A stretch of DNA of 32,095 nucleotides from the NCBI GenBank assembly GCA_043755055.1, contig JAYUTQ010000780.1, positions 1 to 32,095 of the forward strand, written 5' to 3'. The translations under genes were made by a program, and so were the position numbers. The DNA comes from Chitinophagaceae bacterium (GTDB taxonomy: Bacteria > Bacteroidota > Bacteroidia > Chitinophagales > Chitinophagaceae). Shown piece after piece: positions 21,793 to 29,445 of this stretch; positions within the stretch are counted from its first letter, which is position 1, and each line of letters starts with the position of its first letter. The notes below the pieces were generated by a model. It did not search any database. It had not been told where the DNA came from and saw only the letters and a list, made by a program, of their open reading frames with translations.

Positions 21793-23748
21793 TTAAACAT
21801 CAACCAGGCTTTTTTTCTTAGATTTTTGTGGTGGTATTTTAATGGCCGCCTCCGGCTCCTGTACTTCATCAGCTTCAATGGGGTCTGTATTCCATACATT
21901 CCATTTGCCATCTTTTATTTCTGGTTCGCTGATTGCCGGAGCCGGGTTTTCTGTAGCATTTATTTTACTTTGGATGGCATCAATTTGCTTTTGAATATTG
22001 CAACTACGTTTTCCTGATTTGTGCTCCTGATCCGTACTAATTTCAACAACCGTTTTGGTTATCCATAAATGAGCGACCTTCATCATCGCAGCAGCTTTGC
22101 CATACTTGTTCCAATCGCCGTATATCTTATTTACCATTTTATCATTCATGGCCACCCGAATCATATTGCAGGTAAAATCAGAAAATGCAGTACTATCCAG
22201 ATCGTTGAGGTGTTGGAAAAGCTCTATGTGATTGTAATCGTTTGTATCGCTACCAATTTTACTGTGGGCCCATACCCTCGTTTTGTATGAATACTCTGCC
22301 AGCATGATCACTAAGGCAATCCATTCGGCTTTTTGTAACGGATCCTTTTTTTGTATTAAAACAGGTGCCAAGGAATCAGCTACCTGAGCATAAATTTTTT
22401 CCCGGTCCAGTTCTTTGTTGCGTTTTTCTTTGTCTTCTAGTTGGGTGATTTCTTCTTTTAGCAATGCGGTTTCTTCGCTATTGCCATTCGCTATATTGGC
22501 CTGTTTCCTGTCTGTTACAATTACATCCACCGTTTTACCTTTATCGCTGTAGCCACACACAACAAACGCCTTTTTAATAAGGCCGCTGGCTATTTGATTA
22601 TTGTATTCTTCAAGCTCTTGATTGTAATCGGCTACTTCAGTTTCAAAATCCTCTTTGATGCTAGCTATATAAGCTTGTCGGTCTTCTTCGGTGTCTTCTT
22701 CGTCTTTATCATTTTCCCAATCATCTGCATTTTTTAAAAATGTATCCCAATCATCAACCGGTTCCGGTTTACTTACAATTTCAATATCACCGGAAGCAAT
22801 TACCACACGCCCCAAATCTTTTACTTTTTCTATGCTTTGGTTATCTTCTTTATCTAAATAGCCTTTTGTGCTTACAAATAAAATTTCCGGATTCGAAGCC
22901 ACCGATTTTATTTTTTGCTCGTAAGCCCTTTCTGTTTTTATCTTGAAACAAAGGCTGTTGTGGCAGATACGTTTTTTGTTCAGGTCTTCGAACAACAGCG
23001 GGTTATTGGCACTGTTAAACCTGCAATTTCCACAAGTGCCGGCTTCCTGGTATAGTAAAGGATCTTCTGTTTTAAAAGTAGCATCACCCAGATTACACAG
23101 CTCTTCTTTGATATAGTAGTTTATATTGTCTGTCATCTGCCAATCCTTTCGTTTGTTCCAATCTTTTGGCGCCACATTTTCGAGGATCCCTTTTTGCCCG
23201 GCACCATCCAGTCTGCAAAGCTGCATAGCATCTTTTAGCATTAATTTGTTTTGGAATAGCATTTCCTGAAAGCCTGGTACGAGATCATTTAGTTTAAGCC
23301 GTTGTGCAACATATGTGGCACTTTTACCCACACGGTGTGCAATTTCTGTAATGTCGAATTTGTGTTGATCCTGCAAGCTTTTAAAAGCAGTGGCTTCCTC
23401 CATAGGCTGTACATTTTCACGTTGCAGGTTTTCCATGATTTGTATTTCCAATGCTTGTTCATCGGTTAAAACACGGATGGTAGCAGGAATGGTTTTTGCC
23501 CCTGCAGTAATGGAAGCCCGGTACCTGCGTTCACCACACACAATCATGTACTTGGCTTTACGGTGGTCTTTAATTTTAGTTTCTGTTAATGGCCGTAATA
23601 ATACCGGCTGAAATACGCCTTGCTGACTTACAGATGAAACAAGTTCAATCATGGCCTGTTCATCGTAGTAATGGCGTGGCTGGTTGGGATCCGGTATGAT
23701 ATACTTGATATCGATTTCCGGTGCTGTAGGAAAAGTAGTTTGTGACAT
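21793..23748 (-). CDS. ParB/Srx N-terminal-domain protein with Cys-cluster and acidic regions
   Basis: It has IIPDPNQPR...ELVSSVSQQGVFQPVLLRP...IVCGERRYRAS (the ParB GERRxRA box), followed by an HTH-like segment EIAHRVGKSATYVAQRL and a CGNC...CHNSLC cluster. Confidence 0.85.
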   Translation of the reverse strand: MSQTTFPTAPEIDIKYIIPDPNQPRHYYDEQAMIELVSSVSQQGVFQPVLLRPLTETKIKDHRKAKYMIVCGERRYRASITAGAKTIPATIRVLTDEQALEIQIMENLQRENVQPMEEATAFKSLQDQHKFDITEIAHRVGKSATYVAQRLKLNDLVPGFQEMLFQNKLMLKDAMQLCRLDGAGQKGILENVAPKDWNKRKDWQMTDNINYYIKEELCNLGDATFKTEDPLLYQEAGTCGNCRFNSANNPLLFEDLNKKRICHNSLCFKIKTERAYEQKIKSVASNPEILFVSTKGYLDKEDNQSIEKVKDLGRVVIASGDIEIVSKPEPVDDWDTFLKNADDWENDKDEEDTEEDRQAYIASIKEDFETEVADYNQELEEYNNQIASGLIKKAFVVCGYSDKGKTVDVIVTDRKQANIANGNSEETALLKEEITQLEDKEKRNKELDREKIYAQVADSLAPVLIQKKDPLQKAEWIALVIMLAEYSYKTRVWAHSKIGSDTNDYNHIELFQHLNDLDSTAFSDFTCNMIRVAMNDKMVNKIYGDWNKYGKAAAMMKVAHLWITKTVVEISTDQEHKSGKRSCNIQKQIDAIQSKINATENPAPAISEPEIKDGKWNVWNTDPIEADEVQEPEAAIKIPPQKSKKKSLVDV

Positions 23749-23761
23749 TCGTTTTTAAATT

Positions 23762-23965
23762 TTAATGGTTAAATATTTCTTGTTGTTCAAAACCTTTTTT
23801 GCCTGTATTTAGCTTTACCGGACAAATGAAAGTCTGGTACTCCGGGTAAGGATATTTTACTTCGGCTTTTGCTTTTTCGTACAGGCCTTCTGTGTGGCTG
23901 TTTACTAATACCTGGGCTACAAGCTTGCCATTGGCAATCCATGTATTTACATAGTAATTAGTCAT
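23762..23965 (-). CDS. Hypothetical small protein
   Basis: 67-aa ORF preceded by the conserved AAATCATACATCA leader. Confidence 0.55.
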   Translation of the reverse strand: MTNYYVNTWIANGKLVAQVLVNSHTEGLYEKAKAEVKYPYPEYQTFICPVKLNTGKKGFEQQEIFNH

Positions 23966-23995
23966 AAAATCAGATGATGATTTTTGATGTATGAT

Positions 23996-24544
23996 TTATG
24001 AAGTGTGGGGGCTTATGCCTACTCCGGGAGAAGGGGCCGGTGTAGTTGTTGGGGTTTGTACGGCCTGGGTAACAAGCTGCTTAAATTGGGTGGGTGTGGG
24101 GATGGCTTCAAGTTTCCAGGATTTATCTGGGGCGTAGTTGATTTTGTAGTGTGCTTTTTCGTTTGTAGCTGTAAATTTTGATTCCTGCCATTCTACTAAT
24201 TCGCTTCCAACGTATTTTCTAATTTCTTTTGAAATCCATTTGCCGGTTTCGTCCCGGTGTGTTTTGTAAAACAGAATGGCTGTTTTAAATTCTCCTTTTA
24301 GTTTTTCTGCCAGTGCAACTAAATCGTCATATCCTTTTTTTCTGTCAAATATTACTTCCGTAGCATGTTGCCGGTAAATCTGCGCTACTGTAACATTCGA
24401 TTCTTTGCCATAGTACCTGGAGTTTTGAGCTTTGCCCTTTCGGGGTTTTTTGTAGCTAACCCATAAAACAAACCGGTAATAATCTTCTTTGTACCTTATT
24501 TCCCATTCATTTAGCTGTTCCTGATAGCTTTTTTGTTGCTGCAT
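23996..24544 (-). CDS. Hypothetical protein with a Thr/Pro-rich tail
   Basis: 182-aa ORF. Confidence 0.6.
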   Translation of the reverse strand: MQQQKSYQEQLNEWEIRYKEDYYRFVLWVSYKKPRKGKAQNSRYYGKESNVTVAQIYRQHATEVIFDRKKGYDDLVALAEKLKGEFKTAILFYKTHRDETGKWISKEIRKYVGSELVEWQESKFTATNEKAHYKINYAPDKSWKLEAIPTPTQFKQLVTQAVQTPTTTPAPSPGVGISPHTS

Positions 24545-24583
24545 ATGTTTTTCATTTTTTTGGCGAAATGGGTGGTATTGTAC

Positions 24584-24632
24584 CTCTACGAACCACTACT
24601 AAGCTTTACGAACCACTACTAACCTCTACTAT
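24584..24632. repeat. Iteron-like direct repeats (20-bp period)
   Basis: CTCTACGAACCACTACTAA (24584-24602) and CTTTACGAACCACTACTAA (24604-22) are followed by a partial CCTCTACTAT. They lie between the 346-aa and 182-aa genes. Confidence 0.7.
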
Positions 24633-24681
24633 CAGGTTTTAACTAGAAAGTATCCATATTTGTAGTTACCAATTTTTACCC

Positions 24682-24706
24682 GATGGGGGCGGGGGCCGCA
24701 CCCATC
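24682..24706 (-). terminator. GC-rich hairpin directly after the 346-aa gene (terminator-like, weak U tract)
   Basis: GATGGGGGCGGGGGCCGCACCCATC forms an imperfect stem-loop. It belongs to the same GC-rich GGGGGCGG family as the other hairpins. Confidence 0.4.
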
Positions 24707-24708
24707 CG

Positions 24709-25749
24709 CTAGGCGCTGGCTTGTTTTAAGCCCTTTCCGGCCGCTCTTTTTTCGATTGGATTCATTGGTTGACCTGTTTGTGTAGTGGCTGTAAATGCAA
24801 CGGCAATGGGTGTAATGTCATCGCAGAAAACCATGAGGGTGCTCTTGTTATGCTTGTTCCATTTGCTCTGCTTTTCGTTGGTGCTGCGGTCGCATGTAAG
24901 AAAGCTAACCCTGTTACGTTCTTTGCTCTCTACCACGTTGTGTTTTACTGTAACCAGATTATATTTTACCAGTACATTTTTCATGTAGCTAACGCTACTG
25001 AGCCCTTTGTATGCATGATCGTTCTGTATGCCCTTAACGCCTCGGTTAATATCTGCCCGGCGGTGGTGTATTATCTCATAAATGGCTGACCCTTCTTTGA
25101 AGCTGATAGTTTGAAGCTGGTACAATCGCTGCTGAAAGAAAACTCCGTTTTCGAGTTTCTTCCGGTCGTCGTTAAAGTAGCGCTCCATTTCCTGCATCAA
25201 AGACTCTTTGAGTAACGGATTTTTTGTTATGTGATAATTCAACGCCTTGAGTTGTTTCAACTTAGCGTTTTGTATTTCGTCTACCCTAATCAGGTATTGA
25301 AACACCTGGCATCCCTTGTGGGTGGCCGTATCGTAAAAAATGGTAGTTGTGCCTTCATATTTTATGTCTAATAGTTCAGCTGCTTTTTGGTAGCTGACCA
25401 GCGTTATGTTTTTTGTTCGTTTGGATAACTGGCACAGGCCTATACCTGCCATATGGGCTAGCCTGGCACGCAAGGTTTTTTCGTTGCATTGCAATACGCT
25501 TTCTAGGTCGCCTGATTGTTTGGTCCATTCTTTTATGATTGATGATGTGGTAAGACTTTTTAATATGAAATATGCCGACCATGTTTTAATGTCCCGGTTG
25601 GTGTAGTATTTATTGCGGAGCTCACGGCGGGCTACTAATATTTCGGGGGCACCTGTTAGTACGGGTACTTTGTGTAAGGAAGCCCCCTCCGCCCCCGGTG
25701 GGGGAACTGGTGGAGCAGTTTTATTTGTATGTGTGGGTGCTGTATTCAT
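24709..25749 (-). CDS. HTH-containing protein, candidate replication initiator/regulator
   Basis: 346-aa ORF with an HTH-like segment NEKTLRARLAHMAGIGLCQL. It is flanked by iteron-like repeats downstream and an AT-rich repeat region upstream. Its N-terminus carries the in-frame GC-rich element (PVPPPGAEGA). The function is inferred. Confidence 0.65.
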   Translation of the reverse strand: MNTAPTHTNKTAPPVPPPGAEGASLHKVPVLTGAPEILVARRELRNKYYTNRDIKTWSAYFILKSLTTSSIIKEWTKQSGDLESVLQCNEKTLRARLAHMAGIGLCQLSKRTKNITLVSYQKAAELLDIKYEGTTTIFYDTATHKGCQVFQYLIRVDEIQNAKLKQLKALNYHITKNPLLKESLMQEMERYFNDDRKKLENGVFFQQRLYQLQTISFKEGSAIYEIIHHRRADINRGVKGIQNDHAYKGLSSVSYMKNVLVKYNLVTVKHNVVESKERNRVSFLTCDRSTNEKQSKWNKHNKSTLMVFCDDITPIAVAFTATTQTGQPMNPIEKRAAGKGLKQASA

Positions 25750-25753
25750 ATTT

Positions 25754-25917
25754 AAAAAAGTGCCGGTCTTTCCCGGCTGTCAGGCTCCACCAGTAGCCAT
25801 AATTTATTAAAATAAACAGGGTGTCCGACGGTTTCTGTGAGGAACGATTGTTGCCGCAATCGCTTCTGTACTTATGCCTGCATCCTTACGGGTAGCAGCA
25901 CCCTGTTTATTTTTTAC
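25754..25917 (-). promoter_or_regulatory. Structured 5' leader (multi-stem junction) plus terminator-like hairpin immediately upstream of the 346-aa gene
   Basis: A 13-bp closing stem AATAAACAGGGTG (25811-23) / CACCCTGTTTATT (25899-911) encloses at least three sub-hairpins, for example CGATTG-TTGCCG-CAATCG. On the minus strand it is followed by GCCGG-GAAAGA-CCGGC, ACUUUUUU and then the AUG. Confidence 0.5.
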
Positions 25918-25970
25918 CGGTTTCGATTTTAGCCGTAGGATCTGTGACCGGTGACAACTTTTACCCGTGC

Positions 25971-26060
25971 TGCAACGAAAGGATTCGAACCTTTACCTGC
26001 CATTTGAAAAAATCAACATGAAAAAACAACTGGCAATGCACCGATTTACAACACGCTGCA
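25971..26060 (-). other. tRNA-like acceptor/T-arm mimic (not a canonical tRNA)
   Basis: The minus strand has a perfect T arm, AAAGG-TTCGAAT-CCTTT, flanked by a 7-bp acceptor-like pairing TGCAGCG/CGTTGCA. The 59-nt interior does not fold into D and anticodon arms. Confidence 0.35.
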
Positions 26061-26105
26061 ATATTTGCCCGGTGTGGAAACACCAGGCCTTTTTAACCTT
26101 GCCCC

Positions 26106-26393
26106 TTATGAAAATTCTTTTTCTATTGATTTGCACACATCATCCATAAAAACCTTTGGGTCTGTTGCATCTGCTTTGGTTAACAGTTGCTGCAGCTTGT
26201 ACATAGTGGCATTTATTGTAGCAATGCGTTTGCCGTAATATTCTTTCAGATATTCCTTTGCCTCGGCTGTGAGCTCTGCCAGATGATCGGTTTTTTCTTT
26301 TTGCTCTGTGGCTTCTGCAATGCCGCTGTTGCAGCATTGGGCAAGCAAGTGCAATTCTTTTTTACTGAGTTCTAATGTGCATGTAGTGTCCAT
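26106..26393 (-). CDS. Hypothetical early protein
   Basis: 95-aa helical ORF in the co-oriented array. Confidence 0.6.
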   Translation of the reverse strand: MDTTCTLELSKKELHLLAQCCNSGIAEATEQKEKTDHLAELTAEAKEYLKEYYGKRIATINATMYKLQQLLTKADATDPKVFMDDVCKSIEKEFS

Positions 26394-26619
26394 GGTTGAG
26401 TTCGTTTAATAGGTTGGTAAAATCTAATTGCATGGCAGCGGCTATATCGCTTTCCCGTTGGTATATTTCCCGGGTGTACACCATTATGCGATGGTCTAAG
26501 AAATTTTGGTGTTCATCACTTTTGGCAGTTTGCTCCAGATAGCTGTTACGTATAACGTAAAGCGTGGCCAGGCTAAAGGTTTGTAGTGGTTGCATGGTAG
26601 TTTTATTTAAAATGTTCAA
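26362..26619 (-). CDS. Hypothetical early protein
   Basis: 85-aa ORF that overlaps its neighbours. Confidence 0.55.
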   Translation of the reverse strand: MNILNKTTMQPLQTFSLATLYVIRNSYLEQTAKSDEHQNFLDHRIMVYTREIYQRESDIAAAMQLDFTNLLNELNHGHYMHIRTQ

Positions 26620-26887
26620 TGGTAATTAGTGCATCTATTTTGTTAGCGTCTTCGCAGGCATCTATATATCTTGTAAGCTTGTGAGCATTGTTTTTAAGTT
26701 TGGCAAACATGCCTTTTTTGGATAATGCCGCTATGTAGCCCAAATGAAGGATGCGATGCTGTCTTTCTTCTGGTGTTACTTTTGTTGCTTGTTTTATTTT
26801 GCCATTATTACCCACTACCATTACTGGCCTTAACGCTTTGTTTTCGGCTTTCAGGGTTTGGTTTTCTTTGGCCAGATTGGCCACCAT
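26603..26887 (-). CDS. Hypothetical early protein
   Basis: 94-aa ORF. Confidence 0.55.
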   Translation of the reverse strand: MVANLAKENQTLKAENKALRPVMVVGNNGKIKQATKVTPEERQHRILHLGYIAALSKKGMFAKLKNNAHKLTRYIDACEDANKIDALITIEHFK

Positions 26888-26925
26888 TTCCTGCAGTAGT
26901 GTTATGGTTTGTTCGGAGGTGATGG

Positions 26926-27135
26926 TTAGCGGTATTTTTTAATTTGAACCAAAAAATTTTGGAACCACTCCGGGTCTAATCTTACCCACTTATTTTTTCC
27001 CGGAAAATGCTGTTCTAATGCAGCCCCAATAGCGTTGGATTCGCTTTTAAATCGATTGAGGAGAACCCCACATTTCTTTACTTGAAAAACACTCATTTCT
27101 TCAATGGTCATTTTTTCGATAGTGATGTATGACAT
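26926..27135 (-). CDS. Hypothetical early protein
   Basis: 69-aa ORF. Confidence 0.55.
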   Translation of the reverse strand: MSYITIEKMTIEEMSVFQVKKCGVLLNRFKSESNAIGAALEQHFPGKNKWVRLDPEWFQNFLVQIKKYR

Positions 27136-27231
27136 GGAGTAAACTTTTAGAAGATTACTCCAGGCCCCACCCTGTGTGTATTAGGGTGGGGGTACCGGAG
27201 CGGATTGGATTGGGAAAACAAACCAAAAAAA

Positions 27232-27660
27232 TTAGGCTTTGCCTTTCATGTAGTTGAAAGATGCTTCGATAACATGTTTAATAATTGTGGGATTTTTTTG
27301 CTGTACACTCTTTGCGAGTGCAGACATTATTTCAACCAGAGAAACCGGATTGTCTTCACCCAAAGCTTCTACTACTTCGCTGAGATAAGCAGGTATCATT
27401 CCAAGGCCTTCCCCATTTGCATTAGTAATATCCAAACCCTCCAAACTTACTTTGTCAGCATTAGAAGGATCATGAGCAGGCACCATTGATTTTAAAAATG
27501 AAGCTGCTATGGGAATAATCATTTGCATTATATCATCTAAGGGGCCGGGCTTCTTTTCTTTTAACGGTAGGGGATCAGCCGATTGGCTTATTTGGTTGGC
27601 CATGGCAAATAAGATGGCTGCAAAGCCTAACTGAACGGTGGTTTCGTTTCTTGTGATCAT
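27232..27660 (-). CDS. Hypothetical early protein
   Basis: 142-aa ORF. A 9-bp GC hairpin CCCCACCCT/AGGGTGGGG lies at 27165-27191, after its stop. Confidence 0.6.
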   Translation of the reverse strand: MITRNETTVQLGFAAILFAMANQISQSADPLPLKEKKPGPLDDIMQMIIPIAASFLKSMVPAHDPSNADKVSLEGLDITNANGEGLGMIPAYLSEVVEALGEDNPVSLVEIMSALAKSVQQKNPTIIKHVIEASFNYMKGKA

Positions 27661-27845
27661 TGTTTTTTGTTTATATGATGATTAGGTGTTTTGCGTTTGG
27701 GGCTTTGCACAATGTGGATGGCCACCCCCTGCCATTTCATTTTATTAAAGAGAATGAGCCAGATTTTTAACTCATCATTTGTTAGCCTGGTACCAGTGGC
27801 CAGCAATTCGCCAGTGGCTGTGTATAGTGCCAGGTCTTTAGGCAT
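27657..27845 (-). CDS. Hypothetical small early protein
   Basis: 62-aa ORF with a 4-nt overlap with the downstream gene. Confidence 0.55.
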   Translation of the reverse strand: MPKDLALYTATGELLATGTRLTNDELKIWLILFNKMKWQGVAIHIVQSPKRKTPNHHINKKQ

Positions 27846-27923
27846 TGGTTATTGTTGTTAAAAAATGCAGCTGTGGACACAGCCGCCCCCGGCTTACATT
27901 TGCGGTAACTAAAAAATACAGCG

Positions 27924-28232
27924 ATGAAAAAACATATTACTAATGTGCTTATTTCTGGCGCCGGTGGCTTATTTACAATCGGCGTCATGTATATAGTACC
28001 TAAATTTTTTACTATGAGCCACACTGCTATTTGGGTGATTTGCATTTTTGCCGGCATACTTGTTACTGCTGGCATATTAGCTTTGATTGAACTGTACCAA
28101 AAACATCAGAAAAAAGCTAAAGACCATGTAATGATGCTTTATAATCAAACGTACGAGCAAGCCAGAAACGATTTTGAACGTTTGAACCGTCGTATTGCTG
28201 CTCTCGAAGCAAAAGCGGAAAATCTTAGTTAA
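27924..28232 (+). CDS. Opposite-strand two-TM membrane protein with a coiled-coil tail (moron-like)
   Basis: 102 aa. The TM segments are ISGAGGLFTIGVMYIV and AIWVICIFAGILVTAGILALI. I prefer it over the antisense ORF 27782-28075, which overlaps a co-oriented gene. Confidence 0.55.
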   Translation: MKKHITNVLISGAGGLFTIGVMYIVPKFFTMSHTAIWVICIFAGILVTAGILALIELYQKHQKKAKDHVMMLYNQTYEQARNDFERLNRRIAALEAKAENLS

Positions 28233-28579
28233 CCGCTGTTAAATGGGTCGCATTGTTTTAAAATTTCTTTTGCGATCAAAATTTGCTCGGCAATTAATTG
28301 CGCTGGAGTTAGTTCTAGAGCATGCCAAGAGTACCCTGAAAAACGTGCTGCACACAGCATTGCAGTTACATACTCTACTTTTGTAAGGCCGGGTCGGTCG
28401 CCCAACGTATTGGGAAAAGCGGCATTACTAGCCTGCCAGCTTTTTAGCCGAATTTTTGCAGCCTCAACTTTTTCTTTTAAGTAAAAAATATGCCTTTCGT
28501 CTTTAGAGTTATTCATCTCTTTTGTTAGTCCGGATATTATTCCTTGTAGCCGCTGTTCTTCCAGTTGGTATTGGCTCAT
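28229..28579 (-). CDS. Hypothetical early protein
   Basis: 116-aa ORF. Confidence 0.6.
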   Translation of the reverse strand: MSQYQLEEQRLQGIISGLTKEMNNSKDERHIFYLKEKVEAAKIRLKSWQASNAAFPNTLGDRPGLTKVEYVTAMLCAARFSGYSWHALELTPAQLIAEQILIAKEILKQCDPFNSG

Positions 28580-28596
28580 TTTTTTTAGTTTAAAAT

Positions 28597-28794
28597 TTAT
28601 TCTACTACAATTACCTTTTCATTTTTTTTGCACCAAACCAATTGGCCAAATGGGTTGAAGGCTCCTATTTGTTCGCCTTTTACTAATGCAGATTTTTTAA
28701 GTATCAAGCCAAAAGGCTGTGTACGAAATGCAGACATCCATGGCAATTGGGCTAATGCCATTTGATTGTTGGAAGTGAAAACGGGGTTACTCAT
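28597..28794 (-). CDS. Hypothetical small early protein
   Basis: 65-aa ORF. Confidence 0.55.
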   Translation of the reverse strand: MSNPVFTSNNQMALAQLPWMSAFRTQPFGLILKKSALVKGEQIGAFNPFGQLVWCKKNEKVIVVE

Positions 28795-28824
28795 TGGGTG
28801 TTGTTTTTTTAGTTTTTAGCTTGG

Positions 28825-28853
28825 GCCCCCGCTGTACATTGCGGGGGCTTTTT
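28825..28853 (+). terminator. Plus-oriented intrinsic terminator-like hairpin
   Basis: GCCCCCGC-TGTACATT-GCGGGGGC is followed by TTTTT on the plus strand. Confidence 0.5.
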
Positions 28854-28952
28854 GCTGCTGTTAACTGCTTGCCCCTATTTGGGTAGGGGTGTTTGGGTTG
28901 AACCCGGCCAGCCCTTAAAGCCGGCACTTCTCACACTTTAAACCAAATCTGC

Positions 28953-29036
28953 ATGAAGAGCCTTTTCATCAGAATTGCTTTTCGTTACCTCCACTATTTT
29001 GCTTTTAGCATTACTATGAGGGTAAAGAAGAAGTAA
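28953..29036 (+). CDS. Speculative 27-aa hydrophobic/basic peptide (MKSLFIRIAFRYLHYFAFSITMRVKKK)
   Basis: A short plus-strand ORF read by hand inside a 275-bp structured gap. A plus-oriented terminator follows 6 nt later. I found no promoter. Confidence 0.2.
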   Translation: MKSLFIRIAFRYLHYFAFSITMRVKKK

Positions 29037-29042
29037 CACACT

Positions 29043-29072
29043 GCCCCCTGCCTTAGTCTGCAGGGGCTTTTT
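29043..29072 (+). terminator. Plus-oriented (possibly bidirectional) intrinsic terminator
   Basis: GCCCC(C)TGC-CTTAGTCT-GCAGGGGC is followed by TTTTT. The T tract overlaps the stop codon of the minus-strand gene 29071-29379. Confidence 0.5.
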
Positions 29073-29379
29073 ATCGCCAGGAGATAAAAAGATTTCTATC
29101 GGCGGAATTGGGAATAGTCCACTCCATTGTAGTAAATCCTAAATTTTTAAAATGCTCTTCAACGGCTTTTACCAGATGTCTTTTAATCGTGATTTGCACT
29201 CCGACATGGCCGTCTGCTACATTGTCTTTAATCGCTTCGGTAGCCTCTTCTATTCTTTGGGCTAATTCTAAGGCATGTTGTGCGGCAGTAAGTTTTTCTG
29301 CTTCTGCTCTGGTGAGTTGCTTTTGCATAGGGCTGGTTATTATTTTACTAAATGATAATCGGGGTTTGGTTACTTCCAA
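29071..29379 (-). CDS. Hypothetical early protein
   Basis: 102-aa ORF. An alternative start is Met18 at 29328. Confidence 0.6.
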   Translation of the reverse strand: MEVTKPRLSFSKIITSPMQKQLTRAEAEKLTAAQHALELAQRIEEATEAIKDNVADGHVGVQITIKRHLVKAVEEHFKNLGFTTMEWTIPNSADRNLFISWR

Positions 29380-29445
29380 GAGATTTGAAGATTTGTTGCC
29401 TCAATCATGTAGCCTATCCTTTGTGTTATTTAGGTAATTAATTTT

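Noticed and set aside
22531-22554. Walker A motif GYSDKGKT in the ParB-like protein as evidence for a packaging ATPase
   Set aside because: The motif is followed by a beta-strand-like VDVIVTD rather than the usual helix. No Walker B or other ATPase motifs are evident, and the protein has a clear ParB N-terminal domain. This is most likely a chance match.
25811-25911. A retron msr/msd-type ncRNA (flanking inverted repeats enclosing stem-loops)
   Set aside because: No reverse transcriptase ORF (no YxDD-containing protein) exists anywhere in the window. The structure sits as a 5' leader directly in front of a CDS.
25971-26060. A genuine tRNA gene on the minus strand
   Set aside because: The T arm and 7-bp acceptor pairing are good. 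However, the 59-nt interior cannot be folded into D and anticodon arms. It forms one AT-rich hairpin with T-run loops. I kept it only as a tRNA-like mimic or fragment.
27782-28075. Minus-strand ORF 27782-28075
   Set aside because: It overlaps the co-oriented 62-aa gene by 64 nt in another frame. It is antisense to a plus-strand ORF that has clean TM helices and a coiled coil, so the plus ORF is preferred, although not with high certainty.
28890-28940. The right attachment site (a direct repeat of the tRNA-Ala 3' end) within the window
   Set aside because: I found no convincing second copy of GGTTCGACCCCGCTATTCTCCA. The closest resemblance (ACTTCTCACAC near 28926) is too short and too weak. 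Phage-type genes continue to the window edge, so attR is probably beyond 32095.
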